Shown piece after piece: positions 19,830 to 29,220 of a stretch of DNA of 64,000 nt. The notes under the pieces were generated by a model that was not told the DNA's origin, searched no databases, and saw nothing but the letters and a program-made list of their open reading frames with translations. Position numbers and translations under genes: made by a program. The DNA is from Candidatus Eiseniibacteriota bacterium (GTDB lineage Bacteria; Eisenbacteria; RBG-16-71-46; JABDJR01). The first letter of the stretch is position 1, and every line of letters begins with the position of its first letter. The DNA is taken from NCBI GenBank assembly GCA_963783375.1, contig CAWANH010000001.1, positions 64,001-128,000 on the forward strand, given 5' to 3'.

Positions 19830-20969
19830 ATGGACCTGAGCCTTTCCGAGGAACAGCGGGCGCTCCAGGAGCTGGCCCGGGAGTTCGCCCGGAACGAGAT
19901 CGAGCCGGTGGCCGCGGAACACGACCGGACCGGCGAGTTCGCCATGGACGTCTACCGGAAGGCGTTCGGGATCGGCCTCATGAACACCCACATCCCCGAG
20001 GAGTACGGCGGGCTGGGGCTGGGAGTGTTCGAGGGGTGCCTGATCGCCGAGGAGCTGGCCGCCGGTTGCAGCGGCATCTACGCCTCGATGGAAGTGAACA
20101 CCCTGGCCCAGGCCCCCCTCATCGTGGCCGGGAGCGAGGACCAGAAGCGGCGATTCCTCGCCCCCATGACCGAATCTCTGCAGTTCGCCGCCTATGCCAT
20201 CACCGAACCCGACGCGGGGAGCGACGTGGCCTCGATCGCCACCCGGGCGGTGAAGGACGGCAACGACTACGTCCTGAACGGCCACAAGATGTGGATCACC
20301 GGAGCCGGACACGCATCATGGTTCTTCGTCCTCGCCTACACCGACCCCGAGAAGAAGCATAAGGGCATGAGCGGCTTCCTGGTTCCCGCCGACACTCCCG
20401 GGGTGCAGGTGGGAAAGAAGGAGCTCAACATGGGGCAGCGGGCCTCGGACACCCGGGCGGTGGACTTCGATGACGTGCGCGTCCCCGCCGCGAACCGCCT
20501 GGGGGACGAGGGCCGGGGCTGGTTCATCGCCATGTCCGCCTTCGACCACACCCGGCCCCCGGTGGCCTCGGGCGCGGTGGGGGTGGCCCGGCGGGCCATG
20601 GAGCACGCGATCGCCTACGCCAAGGAGCGGAAGGCCTTCGGAATGCCCATCGCCCGCCACCAGGCGATCTCCTTCATGATCGCCGACATGGCCAAGGAGG
20701 TGGCCGCGGCCCGGCTCCTGGTGTGGCAGGCCGCCTGGAAGATCGATCAGGGGGAGCGGAACACCCTCGAGGCCGCCTTCGCCAAGTGCTTCGCCGCCGA
20801 CACCGCCATGCGGGTCACCACCGACGCGGTGCAGATCTTCGGAGGCTACGGCTACAACTCCGAGTACCCGGTGGAGAAGCTCATGCGCGACGCCAAGGTG
20901 TTCCAGATCTACGAAGGCACGAGCCAGATCCAGCGGATCATCATGGCCCGCGAGCTGCTGAAGGACTGA
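19830..20969 (+). CDS. acyl-CoA dehydrogenase
   Basis: ITEPDAGSD, LNGHKMWIT, QIFGGYGY, RDAKVFQIYEGTSQIQR. Confidence 0.95.
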   Translation: MDLSLSEEQRALQELAREFARNEIEPVAAEHDRTGEFAMDVYRKAFGIGLMNTHIPEEYGGLGLGVFEGCLIAEELAAGCSGIYASMEVNTLAQAPLIVAGSEDQKRRFLAPMTESLQFAAYAITEPDAGSDVASIATRAVKDGNDYVLNGHKMWITGAGHASWFFVLAYTDPEKKHKGMSGFLVPADTPGVQVGKKELNMGQRASDTRAVDFDDVRVPAANRLGDEGRGWFIAMSAFDHTRPPVASGAVGVARRAMEHAIAYAKERKAFGMPIARHQAISFMIADMAKEVAAARLLVWQAAWKIDQGERNTLEAAFAKCFAADTAMRVTTDAVQIFGGYGYNSEYPVEKLMRDAKVFQIYEGTSQIQRIIMARELLKD

Positions 20970-20976
20970 GTCCGCG

Positions 20977-21555
20977 ATGGTATGGGTCCTCCTCGTCCTC
21001 GGCGCGCTCCTCCTGTGGGGAATCGCCGTTTTCAACCGCCTGGTCGGTCTAAGGAACCGCGCCCGGGGCTCCTGGTCGGACATCGACGTTCAGCTCAAGC
21101 GGCGACACGACCTGATCGGGAACCTGGTGGAGACCGTGAAGGGCTACGCCGCCCACGAGCGGACCACCCTGGACGAGGTCACCACGGCCCGGTCCCGGGC
21201 GGAGAGCGCCCGGGACGCCGCGGGTCCGGAGGAGGCCGGACGGGCGGAGTCCGCGCTCTCCGGCCGGGTGCGGGGGCTCTTCGCCCTGGCCGAAGCCTAT
21301 CCCGATCTCAAGGCCAGCGACCGGTTCCTCGATCTCCAGCGGTCCCTGGCCGAGGTCGAGAACGACATCCAGAACGCCCGCCGCTACTACAACGCGGTGG
21401 TGCGGGACCTGAATACCCGGATCCAATCCGTTCCCGACGTCCTCCTCGCCCGGCCCCTGGGGTTCAAGGAGCGGGAGTTCTTCGAGCTCAAGGACGCTTC
21501 CGAGGCGGCGGCGCCCCGGGTGGACCTGGGCGGGACCGGGGCCGCGCCCGCCTGA
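20977..21555 (+). CDS. lemA: LemA family protein
   Basis: IDVQLKRRHDLI.NLVETVKGYAAHE, EAYPDLKA, ARRYYN. Confidence 0.93.
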   Translation: MVWVLLVLGALLLWGIAVFNRLVGLRNRARGSWSDIDVQLKRRHDLIGNLVETVKGYAAHERTTLDEVTTARSRAESARDAAGPEEAGRAESALSGRVRGLFALAEAYPDLKASDRFLDLQRSLAEVENDIQNARRYYNAVVRDLNTRIQSVPDVLLARPLGFKEREFFELKDASEAAAPRVDLGGTGAAPA

Positions 21556-21599
21556 TCCGGACCGAACACGACCGTCGCGATCCCAAGGGAGGTGTGCCC

Positions 21600-23354
21600 G
21601 TGACCCGACGCGCCCTGCTCATGATTTCCTTCGTCGCTCTCGCCGTCCTGGGGGCGGCATCCCCCGCCCGCGCCGACCTGGGGGGGTTCGTGATCCGGGA
21701 CTTCGACACCGAGGCCGCGGTGGAGTCCGACGCCGGCATGACGATCACCGAGCGCATCACCGTGGATTTCTCCGAGCCGCGCCACGGCATCTACCGGCTG
21801 ATCCCCGTCCGCTACACCGACCCCCTGGGCTACGGCTACGACCTGGGGTTCCGGTTCCTGGGCGCGGAGTACGAAGGGGGCGGAAAACCGGGGGTGAAGA
21901 TCGGGAACCAGGGCCGGTACGTGAACATCCGGCTCGGGGACGCCGCCCGGACGGTGACCGGCCGGAAGGTCTACGTGATCCGCTACCGGCTGGACCGCCT
22001 CGTGCACCGCCTGGCCGAGCACGACGAACTCTACCTGAACGCCACCGGCAACGAGTGGCCGGCGGTGATCGAGAAGGCCACCGCCACCATCCGGCTCCCC
22101 GCCCCGTTCCCTTCCGACTCCCTGAGCGCCCTGGCCTACACCGGGCGATTCGGCGGCCGGGGGGACGACGCGCGGATCAGCTTCCCCGCACCGGGAACGG
22201 TACGCTACGAGATCACCCGCCCCCTCCAACCCCGGGAAGGGCTCACCGTGGATCTCACCTGGCCCGCGGGCTACGTGAAGTTCCCGGGCGCACTCACCCG
22301 GATCGGCCGCTTCCTGGCCGACAACTGGGTGCTCCTGGCTCCCGTCTTCTTCACGGGGGTCCTCTGGCGCCGTTACCGGACGGCCGGCCGCGATCCGGAG
22401 GGACCCGCCGCGGTGGTCGTCCGCTACGAGCCGCCCAAGGATCTGACCGCGGCGGAGATCGGCACCCTGGTGGACGAGTCGGTGGACACCCGGGACCTGA
22501 CCGCAATGGTGGTGGACCTCGCGGTGCGGGGCTACGTCACCATCCACGTGGAGGAGAAGAGCCTCTTCCTGGGCTTGGGAAAGCGCGACGAGACCATCTT
22601 CGAGCATCGGCGCGAGAAATCCTGGGACGATCTCCCCCCGGCCGAACGCCTGCTCCTCACCGGGCTCTTCGAGACCGGCGACCGGGTCGAGGCCTCGGAC
22701 CTCAAGCAGAAGTTCTACGTTCACATCCCCAAGATCAAGGACGCGCTCTACCGGCGGCTGGTCGAACGCGACTATTTCGCCGGGAACCCGGCCTCGGTGC
22801 GCGGCCGCACCATGGGGCTCGGCGTCCTCGCCGCCGCGATCATCTTCGCGGTGGGCCTGGTGTGGATCCGCATGCGCGGCGGCATCCTCCCGAACGGCAT
22901 CGCGGTCCCCATCGTCTCCGCCGTCCTCACCTTCGGGGTCTTCCTGGCCTTCGCTCCCGCCATGCCCCGTCGCACCAAGGCCGGGGTCAAGATGCGGAAC
23001 TGGGCGCTGGGGTTCGAGGAGTTCGTGAACCGGGTGGAGAAGGAGCGGCTGGAGGCGGACCGGGTGAAGAACACCTTCGAGTCCCTCCTCCCCTACGCCA
23101 TGGCCCTGGGGGTGGCGGGGGCCTGGGCGCGGAAGTTCGAGGGCATCTACGACCAGGGGGCCCCCGGCTGGTACGTGGGGCCCCACCCAGGCGCGGTCTT
23201 CTCAACCATGGCCTTCGAGCACAGCCTGTCCTCCAGCATGAGCCGGGCCACCCAGAGCATGACCGCCGCACCGCGTTCCTCCGGGTCGAGCGGAGCGGGG
23301 GGCGGCGGGTTCTCGGGCGGAGGCGGGGGCGGGGGCGGAGGCGGCTCGTGGTAG
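21600..23354 (+). CDS. DUF2207 membrane protein
   Basis: GTG 21600 with GGAGG; signal peptide, HGIYR.IP, LPYAMALGV, Gly/Ser tail ending GGGSW; follows lemA. Confidence 0.85.
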   Translation: MTRRALLMISFVALAVLGAASPARADLGGFVIRDFDTEAAVESDAGMTITERITVDFSEPRHGIYRLIPVRYTDPLGYGYDLGFRFLGAEYEGGGKPGVKIGNQGRYVNIRLGDAARTVTGRKVYVIRYRLDRLVHRLAEHDELYLNATGNEWPAVIEKATATIRLPAPFPSDSLSALAYTGRFGGRGDDARISFPAPGTVRYEITRPLQPREGLTVDLTWPAGYVKFPGALTRIGRFLADNWVLLAPVFFTGVLWRRYRTAGRDPEGPAAVVVRYEPPKDLTAAEIGTLVDESVDTRDLTAMVVDLAVRGYVTIHVEEKSLFLGLGKRDETIFEHRREKSWDDLPPAERLLLTGLFETGDRVEASDLKQKFYVHIPKIKDALYRRLVERDYFAGNPASVRGRTMGLGVLAAAIIFAVGLVWIRMRGGILPNGIAVPIVSAVLTFGVFLAFAPAMPRRTKAGVKMRNWALGFEEFVNRVEKERLEADRVKNTFESLLPYAMALGVAGAWARKFEGIYDQGAPGWYVGPHPGAVFSTMAFEHSLSSSMSRATQSMTAAPRSSGSSGAGGGGFSGGGGGGGGGGSW

Positions 23355-23376
23355 CCGGCGGCGCCGGGGCTGCGGT

Positions 23377-24042
23377 ATGGGGACCGGCCGGGTTCGAGAC
23401 CTCCCCGTGACCCATACCATCGTCACCGCCACCGTGAGCCTGGTGGCCATCGCCAATCCCTTCGTGGCCCTGCCGGTCTATCTCAACCTGCGTGGCGGGG
23501 AGAGCGCCGATCCTGGCCGCACGCGGCGCGACGCCGGGCGCGCCGCGCTGGCCGTCGGGCTCTGCCTGGCCCTCTCGGTGGTGGCGGGGACGGCGGTGCT
23601 TCACGCCTTCGGGGTGAGCGTGGCCGGCCTTCGGACCGCCGGCGGCCTCATCGTCACCCTCATGGCCTTCCACATGGTTCAGGGGGAGCAGCCCGGGCCC
23701 CAGTTCTCCAAGGGGGACGAGCGGGTGGCCCAGAAACACTCGGACGAGGACCTCAGCATCTACGTGCCGCTGTCGATCCCCCTCATCGCCGGACCCGGCG
23801 CCATCACCACCGCCATCAGCCTGGCCGCCGGGCCGAGGGTGGGAACCGGGGGGGCGCTGGTCGCGGTGCTGGTGGACGCCGTTCTGGTGTTCCTGACCAT
23901 CTTCTTCGCCCGGTTCCTCTATCGCCTGCTCGGCGACTTCGGCCTCCGCCTCCTCACGCGGATCTTCGGCCTCCTGGTAATGGGCGTGGGGGTGCAGATG
24001 ACGGTGGCGGGGGTGCGCCAGCTCTGGACCACCGCGGGCTAG
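23377..24042 (+). CDS. MarC family membrane protein
   Basis: IANPF, AGGLI, VPLSIPLIAGPGAIT, TRIFGLL; start may be GTG 23407. Confidence 0.9.
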   Translation: MGTGRVRDLPVTHTIVTATVSLVAIANPFVALPVYLNLRGGESADPGRTRRDAGRAALAVGLCLALSVVAGTAVLHAFGVSVAGLRTAGGLIVTLMAFHMVQGEQPGPQFSKGDERVAQKHSDEDLSIYVPLSIPLIAGPGAITTAISLAAGPRVGTGGALVAVLVDAVLVFLTIFFARFLYRLLGDFGLRLLTRIFGLLVMGVGVQMTVAGVRQLWTTAG

Positions 24043-24758
24043 CCGGCGTCCGGGGAACGGATCCCGCGGGGCTTCCTCACCGAGAAGATGAACTTGTCCC
24101 TGAAGGGAACCGGCGGGCTGAACTCGAAGCCGGGGAATTCCGCCTTGTACCGGTCCATCGATCGTGAGACCTCGTAGAAGCTGTTCCTGGCCCCGTCCTC
24201 CAGCCACGAGGTGACCACGAATACCCCCCGCTCGGACAGCGATGCCCTCACGTTTCGCATGGCATACGAGAACTTGGGGTCGCTCGTGATGTGCTGCGTG
24301 ACGTCGATCATGACGATCAGATCGAACGTCTCGCCGATCTCTTCCTGGGCGACGTCCAGCTTGCGAAACCGGTAGCCGGGGAATCGGCTCCTCAGGTCGT
24401 CGAACAGGACATCCACGATATCGACGCCCAGGTAGTGGGTGCCGCCGTTGTCCATGAAGATCTCGGCGTAGAATCCGGTTCCGCACCCGACATCGAGTAG
24501 TTTCGAACTCGACAGATCGAGGCCGGTGTCGCGGCACAATGAGAGAAAGACGCTGCGCGCCTCCAGGTAGTCGTTCCGGTTGTCTTCAACGGACAGGGTC
24601 TTGTTCCCCACTCCCTGCAGGTTGAAGCGGTACTTGGAATGCCTGTCACGCCAGTAGCGCTTGGCGTTGTAGCCGTCCGGCGAGGAGTACCTCCATCTGT
24701 TCAGGATCTTCTCGGCCATCGCCTTGATCCCGTTCACCGGATTCCTGGTCAACCTCAC
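24039..24758 (-). CDS. class I SAM-dependent methyltransferase
   Basis: LLDVGCGTGFY, YLGVDI, FDLIVMIDVTQHI. Confidence 0.8.
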   Translation of the reverse strand: MRLTRNPVNGIKAMAEKILNRWRYSSPDGYNAKRYWRDRHSKYRFNLQGVGNKTLSVEDNRNDYLEARSVFLSLCRDTGLDLSSSKLLDVGCGTGFYAEIFMDNGGTHYLGVDIVDVLFDDLRSRFPGYRFRKLDVAQEEIGETFDLIVMIDVTQHITSDPKFSYAMRNVRASLSERGVFVVTSWLEDGARNSFYEVSRSMDRYKAEFPGFEFSPPVPFRDKFIFSVRKPRGIRSPDAG

Positions 24759-24920
24759 AGGTCTGCCCTTACCTCTGGTTCAGGTCCGGTCGGTCGCCCG
24801 GGTTTGCGGCGCGCGACCCGACCGGCCCCGCGCCGGCGCGGTCGGCGGGCGCGGCGCATCGTTCAAAGCCGGCGGCAAGGATACACTCTCCATCGAGGGC
24901 CGTGCGAGGCCGGGTCGCGA

Positions 24921-26432
24921 TCAGACCCCGGGGCCGCGGCCCCGCCGGCGGAGCCGCCCCAGGAACTGACCGGCCCGCACCCGCTCCTCGTCGCTGAAGA
25001 ACCCCATCACGGCCAGGAGAACCGGGAAGGCGAGAATGACCGCCAGCTTGAGCACGAAGTCGACGGGGCCCCGGTGGCCGATCACCGCGATGTTCACGAC
25101 CAGCGCGGCCGCGGTGCCGGCCAGGAGCACGACCAGGCGCCGCGCCTCGAAGAGGATCGGGTAGAAGCGGCGCGCCACCAACCACATCCCCACCGGGAGG
25201 CAGAGGAAGGAGATCAGGGTGGCCCAGGCCGCGCCCCAGAGTTTGAAGTGGGGAATGAGGAGGTAGTTTCCGGCCAGGTTGACCAGGGCGGCCGCTCCCA
25301 CCACCACCGGGACCCACCGGGTCTTGTCGGTCACCGTGACGCCCACGGAGAGAATGTAGTAGACCCCCTGGACGAGATAGGCGATCAGGATGAGGGGTAC
25401 CAGGGCGGCCGCCGAGGCATAGGCCGCCCCGGCGATCACGTAGACGATCTCGTGGCTCATCGAGGCCACCCCGATCAGGATCCCGCAGGTCACCAGGAGG
25501 TAGTAGGTGAGAACGCGGGCGAAGATCTCCGGGGCGTTCTTCTCCTCGGCGATCCGAAACATGACCGGGGGCCAGGCCACCACGAACGCGTTCAGCATCA
25601 CCGACATGCTGAGCCCGACCTTGTAGCCGAGGGAGTAGATTCCCAGCTCGGTCAGGTTGCCGAAGGCGTTCAAGAAGAACCGGTCGGCGCTGTTCATGAC
25701 GTACAGACCGAGCCCGCTGACCACGAGGGGAAGCCCGAACCCGGCCAGCCGCCGGAGCCGCTCGATCCGGATGGAGAGGCCGAACTCCCGGGCCGCGCCG
25801 ACCAGACCCAGGGCGAGCCCCACCGCGGATCCGAGGAGATTCCCGGTCAGGGCCCCGGCCACCCCCTTGTGAAGGACCCCCACCAGGAGCGCGTTCAGGA
25901 GCAGGACCGAGAAGAGCTTGCTCAGGTTGACCAGGGAATAGCGGACCGGGCGTCCCTGGGCCCGGAACAGGGACAGGAGCATCAGGCCCGAGGCGTCGAG
26001 GAAGACCCACGCGAACAGGAGCCGCCAGAGCCCGGTCTGGCTCGAATCCCGGAACATCATCCGGCTCACCGCGGGAGCGGCGGCAAAGAGGGCCGCGGCG
26101 GCGATCCCCGCCACCAGCAGAACCGCGCTGAACGCGGTCCGGAAGTACTCGGTGCGGACCGCGGGGTCCGGCTCGGGCACGTAGTAGCGCACCAGGGCGG
26201 AGTTGAATCCCAGGACGAGGACGGTGAGAAGGAGCGCCCAGCTCACGGTGAAGATCTCGAGGGCGCCGAACTCCGCCGGAGTCATCACCCGGGCATAGAG
26301 AGGCACCAGGAGGAAGGCGCCGGCCCGGCCCAGGAAATCGAAGACCCCGTAGACCGCGGAATGACGGGCCATGGTCTTGACCATGGAATAGAGGACGTCC
26401 TGAGTGCGGTCCCGCTCCGTCGGGTTCCCCAC
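24921..26432 (-). CDS. Wzx-like oligosaccharide flippase
   Basis: About 14 TM; FLLVPLYARVMTPAEFG, FGLPL, DRFFL, LGIYSLGYK, GAAWAT. Confidence 0.88.
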   Translation of the reverse strand: MGNPTERDRTQDVLYSMVKTMARHSAVYGVFDFLGRAGAFLLVPLYARVMTPAEFGALEIFTVSWALLLTVLVLGFNSALVRYYVPEPDPAVRTEYFRTAFSAVLLVAGIAAAALFAAAPAVSRMMFRDSSQTGLWRLLFAWVFLDASGLMLLSLFRAQGRPVRYSLVNLSKLFSVLLLNALLVGVLHKGVAGALTGNLLGSAVGLALGLVGAAREFGLSIRIERLRRLAGFGLPLVVSGLGLYVMNSADRFFLNAFGNLTELGIYSLGYKVGLSMSVMLNAFVVAWPPVMFRIAEEKNAPEIFARVLTYYLLVTCGILIGVASMSHEIVYVIAGAAYASAAALVPLILIAYLVQGVYYILSVGVTVTDKTRWVPVVVGAAALVNLAGNYLLIPHFKLWGAAWATLISFLCLPVGMWLVARRFYPILFEARRLVVLLAGTAAALVVNIAVIGHRGPVDFVLKLAVILAFPVLLAVMGFFSDEERVRAGQFLGRLRRRGRGPGV

Positions 26433-26584
26433 GGTCAGAACGCGGGGAACCGGCCCGGCCCGAAGGCGGGACCCGTGAGGCTCATGTTCCGATGATGCTG
26501 GTTCACCGGGATCGGCCGGGCCTCCCTGACCCCGGTAACGGCCCGGGGCGAACGATAGAAGACGACGGTTGAAGCGGAGCGCCG

Positions 26585-26613
26585 AGTCTAGACCGTACCC
26601 CGTTGCCGGTCAA
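26585..26613 (-). promoter_or_regulatory. putative sigma70 promoter upstream of the flippase
   Basis: Minus strand TTGACC-17 nt-TAGACT. Confidence 0.55.
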
Positions 26614-26796
26614 TCCGGCCGGGGAGACGGGGCCGGGCCCGGGCGACTCCCGGTTCCGCGAACCGCGGCAGCGCCGGGCGGGGGACGTCCCTCGCTCCCC
26701 TCTTCGCCCCGGCCCAAAGACACGGGCGTCCCCTCCTTGCCTCGGGAACGCCCGGAACCGACTCGGTTCACCGGAGGGGCCGCCCCCCGGGAACGA

Positions 26797-27441
26797 TTAC
26801 CTGTAATGCGCCTTGATCGTCCCCCAGCTCACCGGTTCCACCGCGGTGGGACACGCGTACTCGTAGGTGACGCACAGGGTGCCCTGGATGTAGGTGGACA
26901 CGTTGAACGATCCGTTGCCGGGGCTGGTCAGGCTGGTGAACGCATGGGCCTGGACCGGCACGATCACCGGGTTCGCGAAGATCGAGAGATCGGCGAAGGT
27001 CATGTGAAAATCGTTGAACGGCGCCCAGGCGAAGGGCGAGGTGTAGCCCGAGGGGCCGGCGAAATCGAAGGTCCCGTCGTAGGACTGGAGGAGGCCGCCG
27101 TCGGTGAAGGAGAAATCGTCCGCCAGGGGCGAGCCGTCAAGATCGTCGAGCGAGACCGAGGCATAGATCGAGTCGTACCAGGCGCACCCGGGGGCAATGC
27201 AGTTCCCGGTGTTCTCGCCGAAGAACTGTCCGTCGACCGAAACGTTCAACACCACGTCGGCGCTGATGAGATAGCAGTCGGCATACGGGAACGCGGGAAT
27301 GGTCACGTCGAAGTTGACGTCACGGAAGCTAGCCCGCGGAATGGTGTCGCATACGGTATACGTATCCGCGTGCGCCGGGACGGCCGGCCCGGAGAGGACG
27401 AGAACGCCCAGGGCCCCCAGGATCATGGTTGCTTTCTTCAT
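26797..27441 (-). CDS. secreted protein with C-terminal SWGxIK motif (choice-of-anchor-like)
   Basis: Signal peptide ending AHA; beta-rich body; ends PTAVEPVSWGTIKAHYR. Confidence 0.75.
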   Translation of the reverse strand: MKKATMILGALGVLVLSGPAVPAHADTYTVCDTIPRASFRDVNFDVTIPAFPYADCYLISADVVLNVSVDGQFFGENTGNCIAPGCAWYDSIYASVSLDDLDGSPLADDFSFTDGGLLQSYDGTFDFAGPSGYTSPFAWAPFNDFHMTFADLSIFANPVIVPVQAHAFTSLTSPGNGSFNVSTYIQGTLCVTYEYACPTAVEPVSWGTIKAHYR

Positions 27442-27552
27442 GGATGCTTCCCCCGGCGGGGTTGGGGACCCCGCCCACAGCTGGTCGCACGAAATCCGTC
27501 CGGGATGGTGGATGCGGCCGCGACCGATTGATGCTCGAGCCGCACAATCATA

Positions 27553-29088
27553 TCATCCGTCTCGCCGCCGGTCATTGTCCTTCGTCAAGCCCGGCCGGCT
27601 TTCCGACTCCAGATCGAAGACGCGAAGCGTCGGGCTGCCGAAGCCGAAGGATCGGTAGGCGGGGGCGATCTCCCGGTAGGGCCGCCGGAAGAGCGCCCGG
27701 TAGGCATGCACCCTCCGCATCACCTCGGGGCTTTGTCCTCCCAGCCGGCCGGCCAGGACGTAGCGGTCGTAGTCGAAGCTCGACACCACCATGTGGGTCG
27801 TCCCCGCCCGTCGGAGGGAATCGGGGTCGGCGTCGGTGATCTCGGCGCGGGAATCGAGGTCCGCGTAGTTTCCGAACCAGGCCCGCACCCCGGGGCCGGC
27901 GGCCCAGGCCTGGGTCCGGGCCCGGGTGTCCCGGGTCAGCTCCCGATCGATCCGGAACGACACCGCCAGAGGAATCGCCACCACCGCCACCGCCAGCCCG
28001 AGCCGGACCGGGAGCACGACCCGGAACGGAGCCCGGCCGGTCAACCGATCCGTCTCCCGGAAGAGCACCAGGAGGAGCAGGGGGACGATCGGGGCCGCGT
28101 AGCGCATGAAATCCGGGAAGGGCTTGGACGGTGAAGCCTCGACGGTCGCATAGAACAGTCCCGCGGCGAACAGGAGGACGCGCTCGCGAAGGTCGATGCG
28201 AGTCCAGCGAGCCAGGGCCCAACCCGCCGCGGCCACCGCCGGGAGCGCCGCCGCCGGGGTCATTCCAGGGAGAAGACTCCGCCGGAAATGGAAGGTGAAG
28301 GCCTGGGAGAGGGCGGGAACACGCACCTTGTTTCCCTCGCGCACCTTGTCGAGATCGTGAAACACCCCGGACAAGAACCCCGAGCCTCGGGGATGGAGTA
28401 GCGCCGGGTAGTTCACCGCCGCGAAAACCGCGGCCGCCGCCGCTCCCGCGATCGCAAGCCCCGCCGCCGAGCGCCGGAATCCGACCCGGGGCTCGAGGAG
28501 GAGCGCGGCCAGGATCACCGGGACCAGGAGGACCGCCTTGTAGTGGCTCGCCCCGGCCAGGCCGAGCGAGAGGCCGAGAAGCGCGAATCGGACCCCGGTG
28601 GGGCGCTCCAGGGTACGGAAAAGGAGATACAGGGTGAGCAGGCTGAAGAGAACGAGGAGGGCGTCCTCTTTCAGGTAGTGGTCGTGGGCCACGAGAATCG
28701 GCGACACCGCCGCGGCCAGCGCGGCCGCGTGGTCGTAGGGAGGACGCACCCACCCCCGGGCCAGCGCGAAGACGAGGAGCACGGACAGGGTCCCCACGAC
28801 GCCGATGATCGTGCGCCCGAGTTCCACCACCGCCTGGGGGTCCTCGAGATCGTCGACCGCGTTCGCCGCGCGGACTATCTGGAGCATGAAAAGAGGGTGG
28901 TGAAAATCCTGGGTTCCATCCAGGATGAAGCGCACTTTCTTGGGCTCGTCCCGGTGATAGCCCAGGGGAAATCCCTGGTTCCAGAGGTTCAACCACAGGG
29001 AGAGCGCGGCGATCGCGGCCAGGGCGAGGACCCCGCCGGACCGCAGTCCCGCCCGGGAACCCGAAGACGTGGACGTCATCTCGAACAT
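27553..29088 (-). CDS. GT-C fold membrane glycosyltransferase (ArnT/PMT-like)
   Basis: HRDEP after TM1, FHHPLF, HYLKED, GLAGASHY, DTRARTQAW. Confidence 0.75.
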   Translation of the reverse strand: MFEMTSTSSGSRAGLRSGGVLALAAIAALSLWLNLWNQGFPLGYHRDEPKKVRFILDGTQDFHHPLFMLQIVRAANAVDDLEDPQAVVELGRTIIGVVGTLSVLLVFALARGWVRPPYDHAAALAAAVSPILVAHDHYLKEDALLVLFSLLTLYLLFRTLERPTGVRFALLGLSLGLAGASHYKAVLLVPVILAALLLEPRVGFRRSAAGLAIAGAAAAAVFAAVNYPALLHPRGSGFLSGVFHDLDKVREGNKVRVPALSQAFTFHFRRSLLPGMTPAAALPAVAAAGWALARWTRIDLRERVLLFAAGLFYATVEASPSKPFPDFMRYAAPIVPLLLLVLFRETDRLTGRAPFRVVLPVRLGLAVAVVAIPLAVSFRIDRELTRDTRARTQAWAAGPGVRAWFGNYADLDSRAEITDADPDSLRRAGTTHMVVSSFDYDRYVLAGRLGGQSPEVMRRVHAYRALFRRPYREIAPAYRSFGFGSPTLRVFDLESESRPGLTKDNDRRRDG

Positions 29089-29220
29089 GCACCTCCGAAC
29101 ACGACCTCAACCGACGGGTGGCGGGGCCCCCGGCCCCTCCCCTCGCCTTCGGCGAGCGGACATCCTGTCACAGGCCGGCGGCCGCGGCGAGTCCCCCGGG
29201 CGGTTCGCGGAACCCATCCG

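Noticed and set aside
26436-26505. Possible ~23-aa leader peptide before the flippase
   Set aside because: No well-placed SD and no attenuator-like codon run or terminator
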